Source of the DNA: Callorhinchus milii
Taxonomy: Eukaryota
Assembly (NCBI RefSeq): GCF_018977255.1
Contig: NW_024704742.1
Span: 8,620,001-8,684,000 of the forward strand
DNA: 64,000 nt
Reading direction: 5' to 3'
Under the pieces are notes generated by a model. It did no database searches. It worked only from the letters and a program-made list of their open reading frames with translations, and had not been told where the DNA came from. Positions 11,657 to 24,180 of this stretch are shown one piece after another. The position numbers were made by a program, and so were the translations under genes. How positions within the stretch are numbered: the stretch's first letter is position 1; the number at the start of each line of letters is the position of its first letter.

Positions 11657-12443
11657 TCAGACACAGACAGTTTGATATCTTCCTGCACCCACCCTGAATA
11701 TTATATCACTGGAACCTGCCTCAGCTGCTGCACCTGAGTCCTGTGTGCAGTACATTGATGCAGTACCTGACGGGAAAGGCACTGTACAAATGTAGTTTGT
11801 TGTTGTTACTGTACCTTCCAGATGTTTATAAACCTCTTCATACGCCGTCACTTCATCCTCCAGCACTTTAGCCACATCCTCAATGTGTTTCGCAATATCT
11901 GCCCTGGCTCCACAGTTGAGATTATGACCATCGTTTGCTCTGGGGATCAGAGATGACATGAAAGGCAGCCTTGTCTGAGCTGCTGACCCGGCTTTGGATG
12001 TCACTGTTTCCTGTTTGGTTATTGTTTCATCCACAGCAACAAATCCAGCCAAGGGTTCAGTGAGACTCTCAGCTCCACCAGGAAATGCAGTTTCTGATTT
12101 CTCACAATGCTTCAAGAACTGAACTGCTCGTAAGAGTTTTGTGTAACACTCTGCCATTTTTCTACTGTCCTTTGTATATTGCTCCATGATATCATTAACC
12201 CTTTTCTGTCTCTGTGTTTGGGTAACAATGTCCATGTCACAAGCTGCAGTGTTGGCAGCCCCACCAGCCACACTCTGGCCAACTCCCACACTCGTGACAG
12301 GCTTGTGAATCGAGTAAATGTCGTCTGCGATCTTTTGTAGGTCTCTGATGTAGCTGATCATCCACACTCTCCAGCCAGGGAACAAGGTGACAAAATCTCT
12401 TACATCCTCCTTCCTCTGTTCAACCTCAGCTTTGAGTGCTTTC
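11657..12443 (-). CDS. APOL: Apolipoprotein L-like gene B, terminal coding exon (internal deletion, extended C-terminus; could be a pseudogene)
   Basis: Acceptor attaacag|G, then an open frame KALKAEVEQRKEDVRDFVTLFPGW..LQKIADDI..VGVGQSVAGG..QKRVNDIMEQYTKDSRKMAECY..IAKHIEDVAKVLEDEVTAYEEVY. It is clearly homologous to 62755-63508. Confidence 0.78.
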
Positions 12444-12734
12444 CTGTTAATATGAGAAACTCAATTAGAAACCCAGCTCAGAGGAAGGACACTTGATCAT
12501 CATGTCTGTGCTTCTCACTGAGAGTTATCAACTCTATCCCATTAACCTGCCATTTCCCCATCCCCTCCTCTGCCTTAATTCTTTGATAGGGAAAATGCGC
12601 TGGTAACTGGCAAATAAGGTTTAATTCAAGATTCGAGTTGTAATTTCAGGACAGACACCAGGAAGTTTTTCTTTGCACAGGATAATTAACGACTGGAATA
12701 GAAAGGCGTTTGAGGCCAGGACATTGGATTAACT

Positions 12735-12893
12735 TAATCCACGACTGTTTTCAGGAGACTGCTGTGTGCAATTGGCTGCCGCGTTTCACCCACAAAATAC
12801 AGTTACTATATTTACAGTATATCTTGTAAAGCGCTTTGAGACATCTCAAAGATATAAGACGCTATATCAAATGCAAGGTTTAATATTATTATT
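12735..12893 (+). mobile_element. SINE 3' fragment
   Basis: caattggctgccgcgttt..aagcgctttgagac..atcaaatgcaagg, then (att)n. Confidence 0.8.
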
Positions 12894-13213
12894 AATGTGC
12901 AGAGCTGGACCAACTCGCTGCTTGCACTGGCTGTTTTCCATCCTAATCAAGGCTGTTACGATCATCTCAGCATCATTCATCATTCATTCATCGGCTCAGC
13001 ATGGTGCGGTGTGATCAGTCTGTCAGCCCCGGCCTTGTTATCATTCAGTCTCTGCACTGTTTTATTTAAGCTTTATTAAAGCCAAGGAGGGGCAGGGAGG
13101 GGAATAGAGAGAGAAATGAGATAAAGAACCAATCAGACAGAGCATGTGAGAATGATTGATTCATTCACAATATCAGGCAGTGTATTCAGCAGCTGCCTCA
13201 CAACTGTACGTAC

Positions 13214-13238
13214 CTGTCTTCAGTGTCACTGACTGTGT
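13214..13238 (-). CDS. APOL: APOL-B 25-nt micro-exon (TVSDTEDR)
   Basis: cttgttcaacag|ACACAGTCAGTGACACTGAAGACAG|gtacgt. Phase 1 in, phase 2 out, in frame with both flanking exons. Confidence 0.82.
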
Positions 13239-13354
13239 CTGTTGAACAAGGGAGAAACAGGAGCCATTATCACTGGTTATTATCTGGTACCGACAGTGAA
13301 CAGACACAATCCTGACTGATACAGTGACCACACAGGAGGGAACATCTCCTGTGC

Positions 13355-13715
13355 AGGAGCTGGAATAGGCCATTCGGCCCTTCGAGCCTGCCCCGCCATT
13401 CAATCATGGCTGATCTTCTAATCTAACTTCAGCTAATAACCTGACCCTGCCTTATCCCCATATCCCTTAATCCCTTTTGCAATAAGAAACATATCTATCT
13501 CAGTCTTGAATATGTTCAAGGACTGAGCATCAACAGCCCTTTGGGGTAGCGAGTTCCATACATTCACCACCCTTTGAGTGAAGAAGCTCTTCCTCAACTC
13601 AGTGCGAAAGGGCTGGCCTCTGATTTTAAGGTTGTGACCCCTGGTTTTAGTTTCTCCAACCAGGGGAAACAATCTCCCACTATCTACGCTATCATGCCCT
13701 TTGATGATCTTATAG
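13355..13715 (-). mobile_element. CR1 LINE 3' end (intronic insertion absent from the paralogous APOL-C intron)
   Basis: ETYKIIKG..LFPLVGETKTRGHNLKIRG..FFTQRVVNVWNSLPQ, followed by a CR1-type 3' UTR. Confidence 0.88.
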
Positions 13716-13954
13716 GTTTCTGGCTCCACTGCTGTCAAGGTTTGGCTTCTTTTCTGGCAAATGCAGAGGGTCACGCAGGAGCCGCGAGTGGGGAAAACTC
13801 AACATAACAGAGACTCAGAGACACAGCAATAATAATAATAATTGTAATAATCTTTGCATTTGATACAGAGCCTTATCACTTTGTTGAAAGTTTTCAAAGC
13901 GCTTCACAGAACATACCGTAATGTAAATCGACTGTATATTTTGTGAAATACCAG

Positions 13955-14490
13955 CAACACAGGGACAATGACTGGAACAAACACAGGTACCATTCCACCT
14001 GTCCCATCCCCACACACCACATTCCCCCACACTCACAGAAACCAATCCCCCAAATACAGTCACTGTCACCCACACAGCCAGACACTGCCACCAACACATA
14101 CACACACCGTTCCCCTTTCAACACACACAGAAACTGTCCCCAACCCACACACACACACCACCCTTCACATACACAGACACCACTCCCAACATAGAGATTG
14201 TCTCCAACACACTCGCACCCATGCACACTGTCCCCAACACAGACACTGTCCCGAACACACACAGATAACATCCCCTACATGCGCAGATACCTTCCACAAC
14301 ATAGACAACACCCCCCACACACACAGACTCCGTCCCCCACATGCCCAACAAACACACAGACATCGCTCCCAACACCCAGTCACCGTTCCTCCCACCATAA
14401 ACACAGACACCATTACAAACATATGCATAGACACCATCCCCCAACCCACCCCACACATTCACAAACAGACACTGTCACCCACACGCAGAG
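13955..14490. repeat. CA-rich degenerate minisatellite (acacacagacactgtcccc-like units)
   Basis: Repeated CA/cagacac units, which explain the C/V/H/T-rich spurious ORFs here. Confidence 0.8.
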
Positions 14491-15280
14491 AGCAGTGATA
14501 TTACGGAACTCGCTATCTGAAGTGGTGGGTGAATCATATGATTGCATTTATGGTCATTTAAGAGAAAGCCAGACTTTCACATGAGGGAGAGGAGATTAGA
14601 GGGTGTGAAAGGGATTAAGGAGCGGGTGAAGACTTGTGTGCAGTATAAACACCAGTGCAGACTGGTTGGGCTGAGTGGCCTGTTTCTGTGTTGTACAGTC
14701 TGTGTAAATCTACAAAAGTAAAGCAATAAAGCTGAGTTTGTACAAATCATTGGTGAGGCCACAGCTGGAGACTCTGTTCAGTTTGGGACTCTCACGTCAG
14801 GAAGGCTGTTTTCTCCTTGGAAGGGATGTGCAGGAGGTTTACGAGAATCAATCCCGGGGATGAGAGGCTTCGGTTACGAGGAGAGATTGGGGATGTTGCT
14901 TTCATTGGACCTGAGAAGGTTGAGAGCTGATAGAGGTGGGCACAATGGTGAGGGTTTAAATAGGGTAAATAGGGAGAAGCTATTCCTACTGGCTGGCAGT
15001 CAGGGACCAGGGGCCTTGGTTGTAAGACAGTCACAAGAAGAACAAAAGAAGAACTTTGATGAAATTGTTTCACCCAAAGAGTTATTGCGGTGTGGAAAGT
15101 GCACCTAACTAAGGTGGGAGAAGCAGAGTCCATTGTGGTGTTTCACAGGATATTAGACAGGGATATTATGAGAGAGAGAGAGAGACTTGAGACTTGGGGA
15201 TAAGGCAGGGCAGTGGGATTGAATGATCAGCTTGCTCTGAGAGCCAGTGTATGGCCTCCTTCTGTACTATAAATTCTATG
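14490..15280 (+). mobile_element. Old CR1 3' fragments
   Basis: MRGFGYEERLG..LRRLRAD..VNREKLF, with CR1-like 3' UTR ends (ggcctgtttctgtgttgta; ggcctccttctgtactataaattctatgatt). Confidence 0.7.
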
Positions 15281-15587
15281 ATTCACTGATTCACAAACAC
15301 GCTGACTGTGCATAAATGTAAGTAGTTATTATTCTAACTGGGGAGGAGGAACCAAAGGGAGAGTTGGAGGGTGTTGATGAAAGTCACAATCAAAGAGATA
15401 GGATTTTAAGTGAGTGTGAAAGTGGAGAGAGAGGCTCAAGGTGATGGGGTTTCAGACAGTGGGGTTGTGTTTGACGGCTCAGGGCTGATTCAGAGGAATG
15501 GCAGGAGGTTGTTATCTTACTTGGTGCAGTGGGCACAGGATTAAAATAAAAAGTTAATATTGTCATCATTTCCAATAGATTAATTAC

Positions 15588-15651
15588 CTGGTTTGAGAAT
15601 CCCTGCCATTGTGTGAACTCTTCCCTGTCGTCAATGATGCTTTTGTACAAC
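15588..15651 (-). CDS. APOL: APOL-B 64-nt exon carrying the start codon (ATG at 15609; MAGILKP)
   Basis: ttcttcatttccaaag|..ACAATGGCAGGGATTCTCAAACCAG|gtaatt. Its 22 coding nt give the phase 1 needed by the micro-exon. Same length and coding sequence as 59658-59721. Confidence 0.78.
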
Positions 15652-17429
15652 CTTTGGAAATGAAGAAAACCAATGTGAATCCAATCTCTCCCCATCGTCA
15701 GTGACAAAAACCACAGTCAATCTGATCATTCTGTCAATCACATCCTATATTTAAGTTTGAATTTAATGATTAAAACAATTTATCAGTAATCAATGGGAAG
15801 GGATATGAGTTGTAGACAAGAAGATGGTGGCAATGCTCTCACACATTTCATGCTGAGCTGTGTTTCCTACCAGGAAGTTTGCAGGGAATTCCATACTTAA
15901 AAGGATCCGAAACCAAACAAAGAAATTCCCAAGATGATTATTGGAATGCAATGTATACTCTAGAGAGACACATTCTCTTACCTAATTCCAGAAAGTATTT
16001 TCACTGTAGCTGAGGAGGTTGTGAGGGGTTGATAGAGGTTGACACAATATTGAGGGTCTCAATAGAGACAATAGGAAAAAAAAGTCGCAGGAAGTTCCTG
16101 GTATCTGCCATCCACCCAATGAGGGCTCAAACCCTCACTTGTTGAATGTCACCGACCAACTAGCGACTATACTCTGGAGTGCGGGAGATGACCAAGGTCT
16201 CCTTTGAGCTGAACGGGCTCCAAGGTGACTTGTTTGGCATCAGATTGTTAGAATCAAGCCCACCCTTTGTGACAGTTTCTAATCTAGTTCCTGAGGCAGG
16301 TGGGTCTGCAATACTCCAGGTCACTGCTGATGACAGCCCAGCTTGGCTGGCAAATCGGCAGGGCTTGGAAAGGCAGAACAGTCACTGGGGACAGGGAGTC
16401 ATCCCACTCAGCTCCCATTAAAGCACTCGCGGATTATGTAGACCAAGCTGGATAAGCAATGGGAAGTTTTGCCAGACAGTGATCCCAATGGCAAGCTATG
16501 TGGTCTTAACTGGTTAGACTCCAACAGTTATCCCACAGCACATTTTGGTGTCCTCAAGGTTTGGCTTTTGCCAATTTGTGCCTATTAATTTCTGGAGTTA
16601 GGTAAACCGAATGCATCTCTCCAGGGAGAGAGTGCATATTCCATTCCAATAATCATCTTGGGAATTTCCATGTTTGCTTTGAATACTCTTAAGCACGGTG
16701 ATGTGTTTACACATTGTTTTGGGTCAGCCGGGTGTTTTTGGTCTGTTGTTTATAATGCAATGCAACTCTCTCCCTGGAGTGTTCACTCATATTGAGCCAC
16801 GACAGTGTTCACTGCAATAATCAGAAAGGCTATTTTGGTTATGAAAATGTTACCCACTGAGCAGGAATAGAGGACGGGCAGTGCCCAGTGCTTCTCAGCC
16901 TGGTTTGGCTGTTTCTAGTTTTGAGACTTTGAGTGGGATGTAATTTCAGAACATTAAAATGTTGTTTCTTATACAAGGAATGGAATGTGGTTAGGAATCC
17001 ATCAATGGTGATCAATATTCAACATGTCTCCTCATCAGTGACCCACACAAGGTTACATCAACTTTCTTTGACTTGTCCAGGAATCAGATTCCAGGAATTA
17101 TCTCAGTTCCTGCTCACCCTCACATTTATCACCGTTATTTATTTCCCCACCTTTGTCCTGTTCCACCAACCTTACAATTGAATTACAGTCATATTCCTCA
17201 ATGCTACTGTGTGCAATAATCCTTTCACTAACATCTACTATACTTGAGCACTGAAGGTTAATAATTGACCACCAGTTTAGATAAGTCCAGCAGGTAAATG
17301 TTAATCAGTGTTTGCTGGTGACTTCTGGGCCATAAATCTCAATGAAATCAAAATGTTTTCATAATAATCAATGAAAGCTCAGGAGGGGATTGAACCACCA
17401 GGGGACAGAAGTGGTAAACAGGTGAAGGA

Positions 17430-18170
17430 TAATCATAGAATCATAGAATCGTACAGCACAAAAAGAGGCCATTTGGCCCATCGAGTCTGTGCCGGCTCTT
17501 TGAAAAGAGCAATGTAATGTCAATCCCACTCCCCAGCCCTTTCCCCATAATTCTGCAAACCCGTCCTCCTCAAATACCCGTCCATCGCTTTTTTAAAAGT
17601 TGTTATCGAATCGGCCTCGACTGCCCTTTCAGGCAATGCATTACAGATTCGAACAACTCAGAAAAGCAGCCGTTCACCACAACTCTCTGCTTTCTGTCTC
17701 CCAGCCAGTTCTGGATCCATGCTGCCACTGTCCCTTTTATACCATTATGGAAAATCAGCATGGATTTGTGAAATGCAGATCATGTTTGACCAATTTACTA
17801 CAATACTTTTTTGAAGTAATAACTGCAAATATAGAGAAAGGCAATGCTATGGATGTTGTATATTAGGGTTTCCATCTGCAGTCTCACAATCCTCTATTCC
17901 TCCCAGCTTGGTATCACCCGCAAACTTTGATACCATCCCCTCTATATCTAAATCAAAGTCATTAATATATAGGGAACAAAGGAGATCTAGTACAGATCCC
18001 TGTGGCATGCAATTAATTACCGGCTGCCAAACGGGAAACATCCTTTTATCCTCCCTCTCTGCTTCCTGTCCTTTAACTACATTTCTGTCCCAAAGCACCA
18101 CAGTTCCCTCTATACGCTCTGAGTTTCTCCACCAATATCTTGTGTAGCACCTTATCAAATGCCCTCAAAA
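17430..18170. mobile_element. Mixed-orientation CR1 fragments
   Basis: ENQHGFVKCRSCLTNL (+), PQGSVL..LYINDFD..SKFAGDTKLGG (-), and a (catagaat)2 tail. Confidence 0.75.
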
Positions 18171-18599
18171 CATAGAGTCAATGCACTATAATTAAAACAG
18201 CTTTAACCAGACGGCTTTGCACTCCTCTCTATGTCTGTTGCCCTTACAGCCAGAATGATTTCACTCCCCGCTGTCTGGCCGACAATCCCCCGGATAAACC
18301 TGGTTGTTCAGCTCATGGCTGTCTGTGGGACATTGCTGTGTAGCTATCATGTTTGTCTACATATAGTCACTACACGTTACAGAAAACCTCTGGGAAGTGC
18401 TTTGAGATGTTTTGACATGATGAGGCGCTGTATCAAAACAGAAATCATTTTTCTAAAACCCTGCAATCCAAGTCAAAAAACTCAATAATCTACCCCATGC
18501 TGCAGGAATGAAACATGCTAATGTGTGGATAACTGCACAATGAAGACACAACAGTGCAATAGTCAAGCCTCACATTCACTGGAATATCAGCAATACCAC

Positions 18600-18830
18600 T
18601 TTCACTCATTCTCTGAGAGAGACAAAACCCTCACTCACTCTCTGTGATAGAGAGAGAGAAATCCTCACAAACTCACTGTAATAGAGAGAGAATGCCTCAC
18701 TCACTCTCTGTGATGGAGAAATGTTCACTCACTCTCTGTGATGGAGAAACCTTCAATCATTCTCTGTGAGAGAGAGAAACCCTCCTCACTTGTGATAGAG
18801 AGAAAAACCCTCACTCTCTGTGAAAGAGAG
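18600..18830. repeat. Degenerate ~28-30-bp tandem repeat (ctcactcactctctgtgatagagagaaa)
   Basis: About 8 imperfect units are visible. Confidence 0.75.
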
Positions 18831-19114
18831 AAACAGGACTTAAACATGTCAATGCTTTAATGTGTGAATAACCACGCAATGAAGACATAACAGTGCAAAA
18901 GTCAGATACAATGACCAGGATAGTGGCTGAGACAGCAAAGTAAACCAGAGTCACAAGCCAATGTCTGCAACTGAACCCAAAGGTGTGTGACAGGTTGTGG
19001 ATGGGAACAGTTAGGCTGAGTTCATGGAAACAGGTTCAGACAAAAGCTCTTCAGACAATCTGATCTATTCCCAGATTCCCTGCCACATGGCCAGTCTGAA
19101 ACTTTCAATCTCAC

Positions 19115-19450
19115 CTCAAATCTTCTTCCTTAGGTTATTGTAACTTTGTCTTCACTTTGCTGGTATGAAGCAGCTATGTTAAATGTTCTGGTTAAGCACC
19201 AAGTATTATATATGGATTGATGGTCACTGGCTGGGGCACTGGATGACTGACTGGCAGGTTTTTCAATGGGATGATTCTAAGTTACTATAAGTTCAAGAAA
19301 TCAGTGTTCAGCAGATATATAACTCAACACTCCTTTATTGTCACTGTAACCAACAAGGGTTGGCTGCAGCAATGAACACGTGACTCCATAAAGATTTATA
19401 ACTTAAGCAAAGCTGGTAATGAAATATGATGATAAGTCACTGACTAGTAA
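19115..19450 (-). promoter_or_regulatory. Putative APOL-B promoter and non-coding exon 1 (TATA-like at ~19315-19322; donor GATTTGAG|gtgaga at 19115)
   Basis: Non-repetitive block conserved in inverted orientation with 55830-56280, including the TATA-like gttatatat and the donor site. Confidence 0.6.
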
Positions 19451-19979
19451 CTAGTAAGAGCAACGAAAGACACTGACTAGTAACTTATACTAGATCCAGG
19501 AAATGCTGAGAGTGAAAGATAATATGGACAGAACCACCCAGTAATGGGTAGAGTGCCAATCTCTCTAACCTCCCCTCGTAGCTAGACCTCATAACTCTGG
19601 TACCAGCCTGGTCTTCATGATTCTCTCTGAGCCACACACTCCGTCAGTGTACCAATTGTAGTGTCTATCCATGAGAACCGTGATCCTAGTGAGACCGAGA
19701 ACTACATAGGGATCTCATTGATTTCAGTGGCTCTTAAAATGGTTCTTTGGGTAATCACTGCACATGTATCGCAAGCTTTGGAGCTCATGTTTGATCAGGA
19801 AGGAAGACTGGCTTCTGTTCTTGTGAGGATTGTGTGGAACAGTTTGTAGTTTTGTATAAGATGACAGAACTCCATAAGGTTAAGGAAAACCCACCCTTAT
19901 TGCATTCATTAACTTCTTTTCGACCTAATGCCTCATGAAACCGTCATGATTAAACATGGAAATAATGGCGAAATCCGTT

Positions 19980-20219
19980 TCAAAGCGCTTCACAGAATAT
20001 ACTACAAGTGAATTGACGTATATTTTGTGGGCAAAACGCAGCAGCCAATTGCACACTGCAGTGTCCTACACACAGTCGTGGATTGAGTGACAAAATTATT
20101 ATTGTTTTGTTTCTTGAGGGATTATTGTCAGGCATATCAAGTAAGGCAACTTGCCCAAGGTTTCACCCTAGTGGGAAATGAACCCATGTCTCTCTAACCA
20201 CTGAGCTACAGGACTCCAC
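19980..20219 (-). mobile_element. tRNA-derived SINE with head, tail truncated
   Basis: Reverse complement begins gtggagtcctgtagctcagtggttagag and continues through the SINE body. Confidence 0.85.
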
Positions 20220-21069
20220 AGTTGAAGAATACCCTTCAAACCCATCTGATCTCATCCCTCCAGGAAAACCACCCCATTGTTATCACAGCACAGAGCTGCT
20301 TTTTAAATTAATCCAGTGGCCTGGCCTCAGTCAGCCATCCTGTCAACTTGTTCCAGTCGTTAATTACCTTCTGGGTAAAGAAAAACTTCCTGGTGTTTGT
20401 ACTGAAATTCTCCTTTACATCTCTAAACCTGTGTCATCTTGTTGTACTGTCATATACATCTTAAAATATCGATCTGGGTTTACAATTTCAATCCTCCATG
20501 AGATTCCCTCTGAGTTGTCTTCTTTTAAAGTTGAAGAACCCTAGCTTGTTGAATTGTTGCTCATAGCCTGGGCCAATAGAAAATCGCCCTGTGATTTTTT
20601 CACGGAATCAACGAAAATAAACACATCACGAGAAACAGTAAAAGTGAAGATTGCTCTGCCCCTGGCCTCTCTATACCCTGCTGCCCACTGTTTGCTTGGC
20701 CTCTCTCTTTGGTGCCTCTGTGCATACGACTGTGGTGGAGCAGTTCCAGACATGGCTCCAGAGGGGACATGGGATTTGCTTTCTGGGGAGTGACCATGAC
20801 CCCCCCCACCTCCAACAGCTGCCACTGCTGAGATTGTCTGTGGGCACGCTGTCTGTCAATGTGCATGTCTTCCCCACTGGCTGTAATGTTTGTGTGTCTC
20901 TCTCTCTCTCTGTCTGCTTGTCTTTCTGGGTGTCTATGTGCGGTGGCTTGCCCGAGAGGCAGAAGATGATGACCTCCTGGAATATCGCAGTCAGGACTCT
21001 GGCGAGCTTGGCAAGCAATGCTGGGCTCGGCATATCTCCAGGCCTTTGAATGCAATGCTATCGTCCAAG

Positions 21070-21940
21070 GATACACACTCCACCTTATTAAGCCAGTCCA
21101 GAACCTTGGCTTCATGTTTGACCCTCAAGTATCCTTTCTACTCCACGCCTGTACCATGGTCTGCTCTGCTTTCCCCCACCTCCGCAACATCGCCCGGTTC
21201 CACCACTGTCTCACACTACAAGTGGCCAAAGTCTTCATACACACATTTCTAACATCCAGGCTTGACTATGGAAACTTCCGGCTTGTCGGCCTCCCCAACT
21301 CCTCCCTCCATAGGCTACAGATAATCCAGAACTCTGCAACCTGTGTCCACTCCCGCACCAGGCTCCGTGAACCTATCATGCCCATACCCACCCAACTCCA
21401 CTGGCTTTCCATCACACAGAGGATAACATTCAAGATCCTGGTTCTCACCTTCAAAGTCCCACATGGATTTGATCACCCCTATCTCTGTGACCTCATAACC
21501 CCCTACCATCCTGCCTGCTCCCTCCATTCAGCGGGCTCCTGCCTACTTCATGTCACCCAGCTCACCCCACCATTGGAGAGGCAGGCCTTCAGCCACTCTG
21601 CCCCCAATCTCTGGAATTCCATCCCACAGTCCTACTGCCTGGCCCCTTCTTTGCCTCCTTCAAGACCCTCGTTTCGCCCACAAATATACAGTCAATTCAC
21701 TTTACAGTATATTCGTTGAAGTGCTTTGAGACGTCTAGAAGACGTGAAAAGCACTATATCAAATGCAAGGATTATTATTATTATTAAGACCCATCTCAAG
21801 AACCTCCTCTTTGACCCTGCCTTTGTTTACCCCTCTTTCACCCACATTCGTTAACGCTCCCAAATCCTGACCCCCAGCTCGGAAACACTGATTGTTCAGT
21901 GCCTTGGGATGTCCTCCTGACGTTAAAGGCGCTATACAAA
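21070..21940 (+). mobile_element. L2 LINE 3' part with a nested SINE tail (21669-21785, aagaccc target duplication)
   Basis: VQNLGFMFD..HLRNIAR..TSRLDYGN..RLQIIQNSA..LHWLSITQRITFKILVLTFK. The SINE piece is flanked by aagaccc on both sides. Confidence 0.88.
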
Positions 21941-22959
21941 TTTCAAAAGTTCCAAATTGTCCAGTCTTTCCTGTTAGTATCCATTCATCCCTGAGAACAT
22001 ACTCATAAACTTATTACATCCAAGTAAAATTATAGTGCAATAGGAAAGTGAATCAATTGGGTAGCCCAGGCCTCCCCACTGTACAATGTGGGGAGGGGCA
22101 GAGGAACCTGAAGCAGGTTTCAATGATGGAAAATCAACATGCACAATGGGTTTGGCTGCTTTGTGTGGTTCTGGTTGGCTGTGGCACCAACTATTCAATT
22201 GTGACAAGAGCGGATGCGAAATACAGCAACTCCTATCAGAGCATCACCTGGTAGCAAAGTTACAGAAGTGACTTATCACCACATCAGAAAGAACGTTTGA
22301 TTGTCCAACCATTTCCCAACACGTCGTCCTCATTACTCCTCCCTCCATCTGCTTCTCACATGTTCCCTTTCCTACTGACTGAATCTGCTGCACTGAAGGT
22401 CGTTCAATCTGCTGGATTTATGGGGTAATGTATGGTGATGGATTTCTGTGTGTCAGACGTCTGGCTGAAAAAAACAAAAAATTCACCAATCTACTCTGTG
22501 CATTTATAATCCCAGAACTTGTCAGTATTCGATCCCTTTGTGACCTTCTCTGTTACAGCTTATGGAGACATTTATAATATTATCCATTTAGATATAGTGA
22601 CGTATGACACTAAAACATCTGAAAGTATCCACAAGAAGCTATTTTAACTGTAGTGAATATTATGTAAGGAAATACAGCATCAAATCTACAGAAGCACCAT
22701 CCCACATAGTGATGTGACGAGTTGTCAATCAGAATTGTGATCTTGTTGGGATTACACTGGCACACCTCTGGGAGAGATCCAGGATGACAGGACACTATTT
22801 TATTCACCACCACCATCTTTATGTATCTATTACTACACATGCACACAGAAATTTGACTGTTGATGCAATCTTCATAAACACTGCATTCAGAATCTGGGTT
22901 ACTCTGGCTGCCTGATGCTATGATGGAGGGATGGTAGAGTAGGTGTTCTGTAGGGTGTT

Positions 22960-24180
22960 AATGGATTTTTTGTTCCCATGTGAAGTACTTTACATTTCTC
23001 CACATTGAATTTCATCTGCCAATTCCCAAGTGTGTTCAAACCCTCCTGTAACCTATCTCGTTCAGCTTCGCAATCTATCACCTTCATTAGTTTGGTGTCA
23101 TCTACAAACTTATCCATTGTGTTTGTGACTCCTAGTTCCAGATCATTTATAAAAACATTGAACAAAAGAGACGCTTGTGAAACTCCACTGGTAATATTTT
23201 CGCAGTTTGATGATATTCCCTGTACCACCACCCTCTGGGTTCTTCCAGCCAAACAATTACGTATCCATTGTAATATACCTCCACTGATTCCTGTTTTCTT
23301 TACTTTCAGTGCCAGCCTCTCAAGGGGAACTGTGTCAAAGGCCTTATTGAAATCCAGATATGCAACATGCACAGCCTTACCCTTACCAAGCTCCCTTGTC
23401 ACACCATCAAAGAAAACCAGTACATTAGATTGGCAAGACCTTCCCTTCATTAACCCATATTGGCTATCATTTATGATTTTATTTCTGTCCAGATTCTCCA
23501 TGATTTTATCATTAATAAGAATCTCCATAATTTTACCACAATAGACATCATTACCATGCTCCTAATTACTATGCCACCAGGTTGGTGTCATATGCAATTT
23601 TGATCCCACACCTCTTGTACCTCCATCCACATCATTTACGTGTAAGGCAATTCATAGCGGCCCTTACACAGATCCCTGCTGAACACCAATCCCTAACTCT
23701 CACCAGCTTGAGAAGATATCTTTATCTCCTACCATTTGCTTTCGCTTTCTGAACTGCTCTTCAATACATTCTGCTACCTCTTCCATGATTCCACATGACC
23801 CTATTTTAGCATGAGCTTCTCATGTGGCACTTTATCAAAGATCTGAAAATCCAGATACACTACATCAACTGCATTTCCTGTCAACTATATTGGTTACATC
23901 TTCAAAGAATTTGAAAAGGTTGGTCAAACGTAACCTTAAATTCATGCTGGCTGCTTGCAAATATATTCCCCTTTTCCAGATGACTAGTTATTATTATAGA
24001 TTCCAATATTTTGCCCACAACCAATATTATGCTGACTGGCCTGTGGTTTCCAAGATTCGCTCTATCAACTTTTTTTCCGAATAGATATAACATTGGCCAT
24101 TCCTGTCCTTCCTTAGTTCTTTGATATATACATGCTATCTCATCCCTAGTTTCTCTAAGAATCCTTAAGAATTTTTGTGG
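22960..24180 (-). mobile_element. CR1 LINE RT fragments
   Basis: SQYGLMKGRSC..YLDFNKAFDTVP..FINDLE..KFVDDTKL..WQMKFNVEKCKVLHMG, and GNHRPVSII. Confidence 0.88.

Noticed and set aside
13815..14584. Overlapping Cys/Val- and His/Thr-rich ORFs
   Set aside because: They come from CA/TG low-complexity sequence.
15390..15707. 105-aa ORF conserved with 60046-60297
   Set aside because: The similarity reflects duplicated intron DNA. Only the embedded 64-nt exon is supported, and it is read in a different frame.
18600..18830. CRISPR-like ~30-bp repeats
   Set aside because: The units are degenerate tandem repeats without unique spacers, there are no cas genes, and the context is vertebrate.
22000..22890. 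Unique-looking stretch with short open frames
   Set aside because: It has multiple stops, no recognisable motif and no consistent splice structure, so no call can be supported without a search.
22899..23528. Reverse-transcriptase ORFs as a retron-like or domesticated RT system
   Set aside because: These and the other RT pieces are ordinary truncated CR1/L2 fragments with frameshifts or damaged motifs.
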